Assembly: GCF_037902255.1 (NCBI RefSeq)
Contig: NZ_CP147990.1
Location: forward strand, 810,001 to 842,000
From: Candidatus Electrothrix sp. GW3-4
GTDB lineage: Bacteria; Desulfobacterota; Desulfobulbia; Desulfobulbales; Desulfobulbaceae
Direction of reading: 5' to 3'
Length of the DNA: 32,000 nt
Part shown: one piece after another, positions 22,811 to 31,763 of the stretch
Numbering within the stretch: position 1 is the first letter of the stretch
How the letters are laid out: every line of letters starts with the position of its first letter
Notes under the pieces: model-generated
The model's database searches: none
Told to the model about the DNA's origin: nothing
What the model saw: only the letters and a program-made list of their open reading frames with translations
Program-made: the position numbers and the translations under genes

Positions 22811-23118
22811 TTCTCAGCCAGTTTGCCCGCATTCACCGCAACCACCTTCTCTTTCTCCATGTAGCTGTTCCACGCGGACAAGCCTATCCCGGAGAACTGC
22901 AAGCCAAAGCCCGCCAGCAGCAGTACCAAGGCCAGCCAGAACCCGTAGCGGAGAAAGAGCCTGATGATCAGGGCACTGTCTTTCTTGGTCGCCTGAGCCA
23001 GCAGCCCGGACTTCATCAGCTGCCAGTGAATGCCGTAAGCCAGCATCATTACAAAGCCCACCAGCACCAGCGGGTGCGTAAGATACGGGGCAACCTTGTC
23101 AAAGCCTGTGATGTTCAT
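22753..23118 (-). pseudogene. N-terminal two-TM fragment of the same disrupted gene (frameshifted near 22808-22813)
   Basis: MNITGFDKVAPYLTHPLVLVGFVMMLAYGI... contains two hydrophobic helices, followed by ..VNAGKLAEK. After that the frame degenerates into an Arg-rich tail (WLGRCKGNWRPRTSRSRP*), while the adjacent frame continues as a sensible coiled coil. Confidence 0.65.
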
Positions 23119-23160
23119 GGTTGTGCTCCTGCTGCGCTGTTCTCAGGGGCGTATTTTTAC

Positions 23161-23329
23161 GAGTTGGGGGGGCTGTCAACTCAGCATCGGAAGAACTTGA
23201 GTCTCCCTGCCCTTGCCACCCACCGTTAAAACGGTGGGCTATTATCAATCGCCCCTCCAGGGCGGGGATACTCGGAAAACAGCGTCCCGGAGGGACTGCC
23301 GAAAATAGCCCGGTGTTTCAACGCCGGGC
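23161..23329. repeat. cluster of five short GC-rich hairpins (REP/BIME-like intergenic module)
   Basis: The hairpins are GAGTTG..CAACTC (23161-23182), CCCACCGTTaaAACGGTGGG (23219-23238), CGCCCctccaGGGCG (23250-23264), GTCCCggaGGGAC (23283-23295) and GCCCGGTGTTtcAACGCCGGGC (23308-23329). Confidence 0.5.
23300..23329 (-). terminator. intrinsic terminator of leuD
   Basis: On the minus-strand RNA, 10 nt after the leuD stop, comes GCCCGGCGUUGAAACACCGGGC (a 10-bp stem including one G-U pair). It is followed by UAUUUUCGG. Confidence 0.55.
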
Positions 23330-23339
23330 ACTGCTCACA

Positions 23340-23879
23340 TCAGTACTTTTGATCCGCATAGGCCAACCAACCACCGGCAGCCACCAGTTCCTTATCAAAG
23401 GGATTCATGGAGAAGCTGCACTCCACCTTCTCTCCCTTGCCGTTCTCCGCAACCACGGTATCTTTGTCCAGCTCAATACCGATCTTAATCGTACCATCAC
23501 CCTGGGCCAGGGCAAAAAGCTTGTCAATATCCGCCTTGCTCAGTTCCACTGCCAGGATACCGCAGTTGAACATGTTCTGGCGAAAGATACGGGCAAAGCT
23601 TTCACCAAGAACCACGTTGATGTCGTTGACCTCCAGGGCCCAGACCGCGTGCTCACGGGAGGAACCGCAACCGAAGTTGGAGCGGGTCACCAGCACCGAT
23701 GCCTGTTGGAAATCATCTGCCTGGGTGTCAAACTCCTTGCCATCCAGGAACAGGTCTTCCAGGAGGTGGGGCTGCAAGGCCCGTTTGGTGATCTCGGTAA
23801 GGTACTTGGCCGGAATGATCTCGTCCGTATTAATATCGTCTCTATCTATAAAAAAGGCTGAACCGCCGAATGCTTTCAT
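23340..23879 (-). CDS. leuD: 3-isopropylmalate dehydratase small subunit (short, type-2 LeuD)
   Basis: The 179-aa protein has ..DINTDEIIPAKYL.. and ..VTRSNFGCGSSREHAVWAL.. typical of the aconitase swivel domain. It lies directly downstream of leuC. Confidence 0.9.
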   Translation of the reverse strand: MKAFGGSAFFIDRDDINTDEIIPAKYLTEITKRALQPHLLEDLFLDGKEFDTQADDFQQASVLVTRSNFGCGSSREHAVWALEVNDINVVLGESFARIFRQNMFNCGILAVELSKADIDKLFALAQGDGTIKIGIELDKDTVVAENGKGEKVECSFSMNPFDKELVAAGGWLAYADQKY

Positions 23880-23909
23880 GTCCTTCGTTGCTCCTTTTAG
23901 CTGGGCTGC

Positions 23910-25196
23910 TTAGTTGATAAACTGGGCCGGGTCTGTGATTTCTCCGGTAACCGCTGCTGCGGCAGCACAGAGCGGGCTCATTAGATGGACCATGCCGCCC
24001 TTGCCCATACGTCCGTTGAAGTTCCGGTTAGTGGTCGAGGCGCAGGACTCGCCCTCCGCCAGCACGCCGCTGCTCATGCCCAGGCAGGCACCGCAGGTGG
24101 GGTTGAGCACACAGAAACCAGCATCCATGAAGATCTTGATCAGGCCTTCATCCAGGGCCTGGGAGTAGATGGCCGGGGTGGCCGGGGTCAGAATGCCGCG
24201 CACGGTGTCGGCAATGGTGCGTCCCCGCAGGATAGAGGCGGCAGCCCGAATGTCTTCAATGCGACCGTTGGTACAGGAGCCGATATAGACCTGGTCGATT
24301 CGGGCTCCGGCCAGATCATCGATATCCTTGACCTTATCCGGCTTATAATCATAGGTTACCTGGGGGCGCAGATCAGAGACGTCAATGGTCAGGGTCTCGG
24401 CATATTCCGCATCAGGATCTGAATGCCATGTGCTGAAGTCTTCTACAGCATCTTCCAGCGAGGCATAATCCTCCTGGATAAAGGGCCAGAGGTACTCGGC
24501 AGTCACCTTGTCCGGCAGGCAGAGACCAGAGGTGGCCCCGGCTTCCACAGACATATTGCAGAGGGTCATGCGCGAGGACATGTCCATTTGCTCCACCACA
24601 GGACCGCAGAATTCCATGACCATGTCAGTGGCCCCGTTCACGGTGAGCTGCTTGATGATCTTGAGGATCACGTCCTTGGCATACACACCAATGGGCAGGG
24701 TGCCAGTGACTTCTATCTTCATGGACTTGGGCTTACGGAAGGCGCAGACACCTTTGAGGATACCCACTTCCAGATCCGTGGTGCCGACACCGGCAGCAAA
24801 GGCGCCAAAGGCCCCGTGGGTACAGGTATGGGAGTCGCCCATGATTACGGTGTTGCCCGGACGGATAAAGCCCTTTTCCGGGAACAGGGCATGGCAGACC
24901 CCGTTGCGGCCCACGTCAAAGAAATCTTTGATTTTATGCCGTCGGGCCCAGTCGCGCATGATCTTGGCCTGGGTCGCGGTCTTGGAATCCTTGGCAGGAG
25001 TCACATGGTCAATCACCGCCTTGATCCGCTTGGGATCAATAACCCGGTCCATGCCCTTGTCCACCAGGTCCATGATGGCTATAGGGGTGGTGATTTCATG
25101 GCACATGATCACATCGATATCCAGGACCATGTTTTCCGGGGTGGGGGTGTCACGCAGATGGGCTGCGAAGATCTTTTCAGCTATGGTTTGTCCCAT
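23910..25196 (-). CDS. leuC: 3-isopropylmalate dehydratase large subunit (type-2 LeuC)
   Basis: The 428-aa protein has ..IMCHEITTP.., ..GDSHTCTHGAFGAFAAGVG.. and ..IGSCTNGRIEDIR.. and ..NRNFNGRMG.. (aconitase-family Fe-S cluster ligand motifs). Confidence 0.95.
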   Translation of the reverse strand: MGQTIAEKIFAAHLRDTPTPENMVLDIDVIMCHEITTPIAIMDLVDKGMDRVIDPKRIKAVIDHVTPAKDSKTATQAKIMRDWARRHKIKDFFDVGRNGVCHALFPEKGFIRPGNTVIMGDSHTCTHGAFGAFAAGVGTTDLEVGILKGVCAFRKPKSMKIEVTGTLPIGVYAKDVILKIIKQLTVNGATDMVMEFCGPVVEQMDMSSRMTLCNMSVEAGATSGLCLPDKVTAEYLWPFIQEDYASLEDAVEDFSTWHSDPDAEYAETLTIDVSDLRPQVTYDYKPDKVKDIDDLAGARIDQVYIGSCTNGRIEDIRAAASILRGRTIADTVRGILTPATPAIYSQALDEGLIKIFMDAGFCVLNPTCGACLGMSSGVLAEGESCASTTNRNFNGRMGKGGMVHLMSPLCAAAAAVTGEITDPAQFIN

Positions 25197-25302
25197 TCTT
25201 TTTCTCCGTGGGATAAGGTTGAGTTGTTCACCTCGTGCAAAGACAGCTCAGGGAAGGGTGCATGCACCTTCCTGCGAAAAAACAATGATGTGTTGTGGAA
25301 CA

Positions 25303-26445
25303 TCAGGAAAGGGCAGAGTCGTGAGCTGCCGGGAATGTCTTGAGGACTTCTACAATACGTGCTGCGGCCTGGCCATCGCCGTAGGGATTACTCTTGCTGG
25401 CCATGGCCTGGTAGGCCTGTTTGTCGGTGAGGAGACGTCCTGTCTCCTGGATGATCAGCTCCTTGTTCGTTCCAACCAGCCGGACTGTTCCTCCCTCTAC
25501 AGCCTCGGGTCGCTCTGTGCTCTCCCGCATGACCAGCACTGGTTTACCCAGCGAGGGAGCCTCTTCCTGCACACCCCCAGAGTCAGTCAGGATCAGGCGG
25601 GATTGGGCCATTGCCTGGACAAAGGGGGCATAGTCCAGCGGTGATATCAGATAGATATTCTTTTTCTTTCCAAGTAGGGTGTTCACCGGTTGCTGGACAT
25701 TGGGGTTCAGGTGGACAGGGTAGACAAAGCCTACCTCAGGATGTCTGTCCGCCAGCACGGCAATAGCCTCGCAGATGTTTTGGAAACCATCACCGAAATT
25801 TTCCCGACGATGACCGGTGATCAGGACGTAGGGTTGGCCTTCCTGAACCAGAGGGCCTGCTGCGCCAAAGGGCTCTGGATTAATCTCAGAGCCTATTCGC
25901 TGGCGTACCCAGAGCAGGGCATCAATCACCGTATTGCCCGTCTGATGCACTGTCTTTTTGGCAATGCCCTCGCAGTAGAGATTATGGCATGCCTGTTCAG
26001 TGGGCGCGAAATGGAGGGCCGCCAGACGCGAGGTCATGGATCGATTAGCCTCCTCCGGGAAGGGCGCATAAATGTCAGCGGTACGCAGCCCCGCCTCTAT
26101 ATGACCAACAGGAATCCGGTTGTAAAAGGCAGCCAGGCTTCCGATGAAACAGGTGGTGGTATCGCCTTGCACCAGGACCAGGTCAGGCTGTTCCCGTTGC
26201 AGTACCTCACGTAAGCCGATCAAAATCCGTGAGCTCAGATCAAAGAGGTCCTGGTTATCCTGCATCACATCCAGGTCATAATCTGGATTGATGGAAAAAA
26301 GCTCCAGGACTTGATCCAGCATCTGGCGATGTTGGGCCGTGACACAGACCTTGACCGTGAATTCCGGGGCAGCAGCAAGGGCATGGATGACCGGGGCCAT
26401 TTTGATGGCCTCCGGTCGGGTGCCAAAGATGGTAAGGACCTTCAT
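25303..26445 (-). CDS. wecB: UDP-N-acetylglucosamine 2-epimerase (non-hydrolysing)
   Basis: MKVLTIFGTRPEAIKMAPV.., ..VQGDTTT.., ..HIEAGLRT.. and ..TDSGGVQEEAPSLGKPVLVMR.. are present. I use the ATG at 26445 rather than the TTG at 26469 given by the track. Confidence 0.9.
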   Translation of the reverse strand: MKVLTIFGTRPEAIKMAPVIHALAAAPEFTVKVCVTAQHRQMLDQVLELFSINPDYDLDVMQDNQDLFDLSSRILIGLREVLQREQPDLVLVQGDTTTCFIGSLAAFYNRIPVGHIEAGLRTADIYAPFPEEANRSMTSRLAALHFAPTEQACHNLYCEGIAKKTVHQTGNTVIDALLWVRQRIGSEINPEPFGAAGPLVQEGQPYVLITGHRRENFGDGFQNICEAIAVLADRHPEVGFVYPVHLNPNVQQPVNTLLGKKKNIYLISPLDYAPFVQAMAQSRLILTDSGGVQEEAPSLGKPVLVMRESTERPEAVEGGTVRLVGTNKELIIQETGRLLTDKQAYQAMASKSNPYGDGQAAARIVEVLKTFPAAHDSALS

Positions 26446-26475
26446 TGCATATCCGTCTGATGAGTGCAAGCTGGG

Positions 26476-27420
26476 TTATAAGCCTAATGCCGCCAGCTTC
26501 TGGAGAGCTTTTTCCTGCTCTTGGGTCAGCTGCTTGGGAACTTCGACAAGGACCTTGACGTAGATGTCTCCCCGGTTCCCTATGGGGCCTGATGGAAGAC
26601 CATGACCCTTAATGCGCAGTTTCGCTTCCTGCTGCACCCCAGCAGGTACCTTGAGCTTGAATTTTCGCCCGTCCAGAGAGGTGATTTCCACGCTTGTTCC
26701 CAGGCAGGCCTGACTAAAAGAGACTTTTTTTTCGGTGACGAGATTATCGCCATCACGGGTGAACATGCCATGAGGTTGAACTGTTACCTTGAGGTATAAG
26801 TCACCTGGAGGTCCTCCTGAGGGAGAGGGAGCCCCTTTGCCGGAAAGACGGAGGCGCTTCCCGGATTCAATACCCTTAGGTATTTTTACCGCGATGTTCT
26901 GCGTCCCACCGTCGCGGCGTAGACTGATGTTTTTTTCTCCGCCGTGCAGAACATCTTCCAGGGTAATGCTCATCTCATAGGTCTGATCCTGTCCCTTGAC
27001 CGGCTGGGGGCGACAGCTGCCTCCACCGCACCCACCACCTTGGGCTCCTCCGCCCTGACTGAAAAAGTCAAAGGGGCTCCCACCACCGCTCTGGCCACCA
27101 AAGCGAAAGGTCGTGCGTCCACCACCAGCCCCGCCAAAACCGAACTGGTTGAGAATATCGTTGAGGTCAAAGTTCCGGAAAATATCTTCCTGGGAATACC
27201 GCTGCTGAAAGCCCGCAGATCCGTAGGTGTCGTATTCCTGCCGTTTCTTTTCGTCGGAAAGAACCGCATAGGCCTCGCTGATCTCTTTGAACTTAGCCTC
27301 AGCCTCTTTATTATCCGGGTTTTTATCTGGATGGTATTTTACAGCCAGTTTTCGGTAGGCCTTCTTTATTTCAGCTGCGGATGCTGTTTTATCAACTCCG
27401 AGAATTTTATAATATTCCAT
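26476..27420 (-). CDS. cbpA: J-domain co-chaperone of CbpA architecture (J domain, G-rich linker, DnaJ C-terminal domains, no zinc finger)
   Basis: [35 protein letters not shown] carries the HPD motif. A Gly-rich linker follows, then ..[22 protein letters not shown].. (DnaJ_C). There are no CxxCxGxG repeats. The symbol is assigned by architecture only. Confidence 0.8.
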   Translation of the reverse strand: MEYYKILGVDKTASAAEIKKAYRKLAVKYHPDKNPDNKEAEAKFKEISEAYAVLSDEKKRQEYDTYGSAGFQQRYSQEDIFRNFDLNDILNQFGFGGAGGGRTTFRFGGQSGGGSPFDFFSQGGGAQGGGCGGGSCRPQPVKGQDQTYEMSITLEDVLHGGEKNISLRRDGGTQNIAVKIPKGIESGKRLRLSGKGAPSPSGGPPGDLYLKVTVQPHGMFTRDGDNLVTEKKVSFSQACLGTSVEITSLDGRKFKLKVPAGVQQEAKLRIKGHGLPSGPIGNRGDIYVKVLVEVPKQLTQEQEKALQKLAALGL

Positions 27421-27793
27421 ATGCGTTGTACTTTTCAGGCCCCTCCTGTTTTCTGGGGAAAGAGCACGATGAGCCGTTATGATTCATTTTTCAGTTTTTA
27501 ACTGACGTATTTTCCATTTCATAATAAAAAATAAGAACAAAATGGAATTTGTCCAATGGAATTTCTCTGATTGCAGAGGGATGGGGTAGGGATTAGCCTC
27601 CTACCGAGGCTGTCAGGGCTTGGGTTGAGCGAATGATTATTTTTTCTGCCTCTTCTGTTGTTAGCAGGTAGAAATGAGCGATCTGCTCCGGTACAGACAA
27701 ATAACGCCTGGCAAAAGCGTTCTCCCCCGGCCTGCGGCCGAGACCAAATCTGGAAGTAACAGTGACGCACAACATCATGTTACTTAGACGCTC

Positions 27794-27831
27794 AATAAAA
27801 AATGGCGAAGAGCCGCAGCTGGCCCTTCGCC
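27794..27831 (-). terminator. intrinsic terminator of ssb
   Basis: On the minus-strand RNA, GGCGAAG (rc of 27825-27831) pairs with CUUCGCC (rc of 27804-27810) around a 14-nt loop. The hairpin is followed by AUUUUUUAUU. Confidence 0.75.
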
Positions 27832-27854
27832 CTGTCGGGTCAGGATATATCCGT

Positions 27855-28325
27855 TTAGAATGGAACGTCGCTCCCTGTGCCTCCACCTGTCTGGCCACCG
27901 GAAAAATCATCATAGCCCCCTCCTCCAGGAGGGGTGCCACCTGCAGGGCCTGGGTCGTATCCACCACTGCCACCGCTACCATAACCTCCCCCTCCTTCGC
28001 CACGGGGGGTGAGAAATTGGACATCAGTGGCAATAATCTCTGTTGTCCAGCGATCATTACCGTTCTGATCCTGCCATTTTCTGGTTTGGAGTCTGCCTTC
28101 AACGTAGACTTTTGAGCCTTTATGGAGGTATTCGTTGCAGATCTCTCCAAGGCGCTGCCAGGCAACAATCCTATGCCATTCTGTTTCTTCCTGTTGCTGA
28201 CCTTCTCTGTCTTTCCAGCGTCTGGTTGTGGCCACATTAAAACTTGCCACAGCCACGCCACTTTGGGTGTAACGTAGTTCAGGATCAGCCCCGAGGTTGC
28301 CTATGAGCATCGCTTTATTCAGCAT
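27855..28325 (-). CDS. ssb: single-stranded DNA-binding protein
   Basis: [37 protein letters not shown]...[35 protein letters not shown] is an OB fold. A Gly/Pro-rich tail ends in the acidic tip ..GSDVPF. Confidence 0.95.
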   Translation of the reverse strand: MLNKAMLIGNLGADPELRYTQSGVAVASFNVATTRRWKDREGQQQEETEWHRIVAWQRLGEICNEYLHKGSKVYVEGRLQTRKWQDQNGNDRWTTEIIATDVQFLTPRGEGGGGYGSGGSGGYDPGPAGGTPPGGGGYDDFSGGQTGGGTGSDVPF

Positions 28326-28568
28326 AGTTTGTCCATTCCTGTATGTTGGAGGAGACCGTTCGTACGAGCGCCTTTTTTTTCTGGTTGTTGTTCTGGTATC
28401 CTTGATATTGTAGCCAGCACGTTGGATTTGGTGCAGAGCAGAACAGCCTTGTTTTTATCTTTCTTCCGTAAAAAGTCAAGAGGAAAAGGTGGGGCGAGAA
28501 ATGCTCAAGGAAGATGGTCCCCCTGAGCTCGTTTTTTGGGCTTACGTAATTTATTGAAATCAAGTACT

Positions 28569-29396
28569 ATGAGAAAATGGAATTTTTTCGCTCTGGAGAT
28601 TGAGAAAGAGGCGGAGGAAAACAGGATTGCCGGGATTATGCAGAAACCGCAGAAACACTTGTATCATTATTTTTCATCCCTTGAATCCACCAATACCCTT
28701 GCGGTCAATATGGCGGAACAGGGTGCAGAACATGGCACCATAATCCATGCGGATAAGCAGACTGGTGGGCGGGGACGAGGTGGGCGACGATTCGAGTCTC
28801 CTGCTGGAGGGTTGTACTTTTCCTTGATCCTTCGCCCTGAGTTTGAGCTTGCGGACTTGCCGCTCATCACGTTGGCTGCCGGGACATGTCTTTGCCTGTG
28901 TATCCGGGACGTGGTCTCTGTGCCTGTTATGATGAAATGGCCTAATGATCTCTACCTGCATGAGCGAAAGCTGGCAGGAATCCTTACAGAATCAGGCCCG
29001 ATACGTAGAGGAAAGGCAACGTTTGTTGTTATCGGGGTTGGGCTCAACCTCTTGACAACGCCTGAACATTTTTCCCCGGAATTGAGCCGGAAAAGTATAT
29101 CCTTGGCTGCTGTTTCTTCTGGCTGCCCGCAAGCAGAGGCATTGCTCCCTCTGCTTGTCAAGGCCTTGCTCAGAGCCAGCCAGCAATTAGGCGAAGACAA
29201 GGGGGCGTTGCTTGCCGAGTGGCGAAGGTTTGATTATCTTCGGGGCAGGCAGTTGCGCTATGTCCAGCATGAGAAAGAAATCCCGGCAATCGGGATAGGG
29301 CTTGCCGAGGACGGACAATATATTATACTTGATTGCCAAGGGATTGAACATCGGGTGACAGCCGGTGATTTAAATCCTGTTAGACCTGTGCCTTGA
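28569..29396 (+). CDS. birA: biotin--[acetyl-CoA-carboxylase] ligase (group I, no N-terminal HTH)
   Basis: ..SLESTNTLA.. and the biotin-binding loop KQTGGRGRGGRRFESPAGGLYFSLIL are present, as is ..KWPNDLYLHERKLAGILTE... The track ORF begins at TTG 28536. The start is uncertain between ATG 28569 and ATG 28638. Confidence 0.85.
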   Translation: MRKWNFFALEIEKEAEENRIAGIMQKPQKHLYHYFSSLESTNTLAVNMAEQGAEHGTIIHADKQTGGRGRGGRRFESPAGGLYFSLILRPEFELADLPLITLAAGTCLCLCIRDVVSVPVMMKWPNDLYLHERKLAGILTESGPIRRGKATFVVIGVGLNLLTTPEHFSPELSRKSISLAAVSSGCPQAEALLPLLVKALLRASQQLGEDKGALLAEWRRFDYLRGRQLRYVQHEKEIPAIGIGLAEDGQYIILDCQGIEHRVTAGDLNPVRPVP

Positions 29397-29437
29397 AAAA
29401 AAGAGAGAGAAGAGGCGGAAGAAAAAAAGGATTATCT

Positions 29438-30448
29438 ATGGAACAGAAACGATTTAAGGCCCTGGTAGTTCGTGAAGATGAAGGACAGCTATTTCATCGG
29501 ACTGTGGAGGAACGTAGGGTTGGCGAGCTTCCGCCGGGTGAGGTTCTGATTCGGGTTCATTTTTCATCGTTGAATTATAAGGATGCCCTGTCTGCCAATG
29601 GTAACCGGGGGATAACAAAGACCTATCCGCATACTCCGGGTATTGATGCCGCTGGGGTGGTGGCTGCCTCGGCAACGGGCCAATTCAACGAGGGTGATGA
29701 GGTCATCTGTATGGGGTACGATCTCGGTATGAATACCCCAGGGGGCTTTGCCGAATATATCTCTGTTCCCAATGATTGGGTGCTGGCCAAGCCTGCTGGA
29801 ATCTCCTTGTATGAGACCATGCAGATCGGTACAGCTGGCTTTACCGCCGCCCAATGTGTGGAGCGCCTGATTTCTTTGGGCGTACGCCCGGATCAAGGTC
29901 CTGTGTTGGTGACCGGTGCTACCGGTGGTGTGGGCTCCACAGCGGTTGCCCTGCTCAGTAAGCTTGGTTTTCAGGTAACGGCAGTGACTGGTAAAGAAAG
30001 TGAGCATGCTTTTTTACAGGAATTAGGCGCTGTTCATATATTGACAAGAAGGCAGGCCATTGGACGTGTTAGTGCAGCTATGCTCAGAGAACGCTGGGCT
30101 GGCGTGGTTGATACTGTTGGCGGCGAGGTCTTGGCCGGTGCTGTTAAGGCCACCCAATACGGCGGTGTTGTGGCCTGTTGCGGCAATGTAGCCTCCGGGG
30201 ATCTACCCCTGACGGTCTATCCCTTTATTTTGCGAGGGGTCTGTTTGATCGGTATTGATTCTGCCAGCTGTCCCATGGTGCGCCGGGAGGAGATCTGGCA
30301 GCAGCTTGCCGATGGTTGGCGTTTGACCATGCTGGACGGATTGACCACCCGTATTTCTCTTGATCAGCTCGGTCAATATATTGAGGCTATGCTTGCCGGT
30401 AAGACAACAGGTCGAATCGTGGTTGATCTGGGGGGAGCGGCAGGATGA
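29438..30448 (+). CDS. MDR-superfamily NADPH:quinone/acrylyl-CoA reductase of the YhdH/AcuI type
   Basis: MEQKRFKALVV..VLIRVHFSSLNYKDALSANGNRGITKTYPHTPGIDAAGVV.. and ..VLVTGATGGVGSTAV.. (Rossmann fold) are present. I use the ATG at 29438 (AAAGGA upstream) rather than the TTG at 29393. Confidence 0.85.
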   Translation: MEQKRFKALVVREDEGQLFHRTVEERRVGELPPGEVLIRVHFSSLNYKDALSANGNRGITKTYPHTPGIDAAGVVAASATGQFNEGDEVICMGYDLGMNTPGGFAEYISVPNDWVLAKPAGISLYETMQIGTAGFTAAQCVERLISLGVRPDQGPVLVTGATGGVGSTAVALLSKLGFQVTAVTGKESEHAFLQELGAVHILTRRQAIGRVSAAMLRERWAGVVDTVGGEVLAGAVKATQYGGVVACCGNVASGDLPLTVYPFILRGVCLIGIDSASCPMVRREEIWQQLADGWRLTMLDGLTTRISLDQLGQYIEAMLAGKTTGRIVVDLGGAAG

Positions 30449-31440
30449 CAGTGGAACAGGCACAGGAAGTACTGACCGTGGAGGCCGAGGGCATTACCGC
30501 TGTCCGGGATGCCTTAGGAGAGGAGTTTGTTCGGGCTGTGGATCTGATTATGGACTGCCCGAGCCGGCTGGTGATCAGTGGGATTGGCAAATCCGGCTTG
30601 GTGGGCCAGAAAATTTCTGCTACCCTTAATTCAACCGGTACCCCGTCGTTTTTTCTCCATCCGGTGGAGGCTATGCATGGGGATTTGGGCATGGTCAGTG
30701 CCACAGATATTGTCTTGGCGATCTCGTACTCTGGAGAAACATCTGAGCTGAATCTTTTGCTCGAAAGCCTGAAAAATCGTTCGGTGCAGATAATTGCCAT
30801 GACTGGGAACGATAAATCCACTCTTGCCCGTTATGCTGCGGTTACTCTGAACGTTGCAGTGCCTCGGGAGGCCTGTCCGCTTGGTCTAGCTCCGACCACC
30901 TCAACCACTGCTACCCTTGCCCTTGGAGATGCTTTAGCGGTTTCTTTGCTTCGGCGCAAGCGGTTTCGGGAAGAGGATTTTCGGCGCAATCATCCTGGAG
31001 GCAGCCTAGGAGAGCGACTCAAGGTCGCTGTGCAGGAGGTCATGCTCACTGGTGACAAGGTGCCGCAAATCAGAAAAGAAGCAACCCTGGAGCAGGCTGT
31101 TGCTGAACTGAACAAAAAGAATATCGGGGCAGTGCTGGTGGTAGAGGACTCGAATAAACTCTGTGGGATTCTTACCGACGGTGATCTGAGACGCCATTTG
31201 CTTGAGGAAAAATGGTTGGAGAAAGGGTCAGGAGCGGCTGAAAGCAGAAAGCACATAAGCGATGTGATGACCCGGCACCCGGTCACCATTTCTGGTGAAC
31301 TCATGGCAGCTGACGCCCTGAGTCTGATGCAGAGTAAGGATATCACCGTATTGGCAGTCGTTGGTGAGGAGAACAGCGTGCAGGGACTTCTTCATCTGCA
31401 CGACCTGTTGGGGAAAGGCGAGTTCCGTTTTCTGATTTGA
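30445..31440 (+). CDS. kdsD: KpsF/GutQ-family arabinose-5-phosphate isomerase (SIS domain plus two CBS domains)
   Basis: ..RLVISGIGKSGLVGQKISATLNSTGTPSFFLHPVEAMHGDLG.. is the SIS domain. The C-terminal tandem CBS domains include ..AVLVVEDSNKLCGILTDGDLRR... The start overlaps the upstream stop (ATGA). Confidence 0.9.
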   Translation: MTVEQAQEVLTVEAEGITAVRDALGEEFVRAVDLIMDCPSRLVISGIGKSGLVGQKISATLNSTGTPSFFLHPVEAMHGDLGMVSATDIVLAISYSGETSELNLLLESLKNRSVQIIAMTGNDKSTLARYAAVTLNVAVPREACPLGLAPTTSTTATLALGDALAVSLLRRKRFREEDFRRNHPGGSLGERLKVAVQEVMLTGDKVPQIRKEATLEQAVAELNKKNIGAVLVVEDSNKLCGILTDGDLRRHLLEEKWLEKGSGAAESRKHISDVMTRHPVTISGELMAADALSLMQSKDITVLAVVGEENSVQGLLHLHDLLGKGEFRFLI

Positions 31441-31487
31441 TCGCGTAAGAGGCTTTTTTTCTAATCAACAAAAAAACGAGCGAAAAA

Positions 31488-31694
31488 ATGTGTCAGTTGA
31501 ATGTAGTGATGGAACAGGAGGGGAACCAGGAAACCCTTATGGAAGCAGTAACCGGTCTGGAGGTCACGGAGCAGGGAATTGTCCTGCGGACCTATTTTGA
31601 AGAGCCTATGACGGTCGGCAATGCCTTGATTAAGAGCATTGATTTTCTCGGAGGTTCTGTGGTACTGGTACCAGATGCCGACAGGAAAAACTGA
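31488..31694 (+). CDS. cooT: CooT-family small nickel-binding protein
   Basis: The 68-aa protein has an N-terminal MC (Cys2), and its overall pattern MCQLNVVMEQEGNQETLMEAVTGLEV..IVLRTYFEEPMTV.ALIKSIDFLGGSVVL is like the CooT/RNA-binding-fold family as I remember it. Confidence 0.65.
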   Translation: MCQLNVVMEQEGNQETLMEAVTGLEVTEQGIVLRTYFEEPMTVGNALIKSIDFLGGSVVLVPDADRKN

Positions 31695-31763
31695 GCTTTT
31701 GTTGTGGATCCGTTAAGAAGTTGAGAAGAAAAGATACTTTAATAGGAGGCCGAGGAGGCTGCA

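Noticed and set aside
25252-25272. The GC hairpin GGAAGGGTGCATGCACCTTCC between wecB and leuC, interpreted as a terminator.
   Set aside because: The T/U tract lies on the wrong side for minus-strand transcription, and an A tract follows on the plus strand. It does not fit an intrinsic terminator in either direction.
27593-27778. A 61-codon minus-strand ORF (MMLCVTVTSRFGLGRRPGENAFARRYLSVPEQIAHFYLLTTEEAEKIIIRSTQALTASVGG) between ssb and cbpA.
   Set aside because: It starts only about 15 nt after the strong ssb terminator and has no SD. I recognise no family, and it shares its frame with a long shadow ORF over ssb. It may still be real, but there is not enough support to call it.
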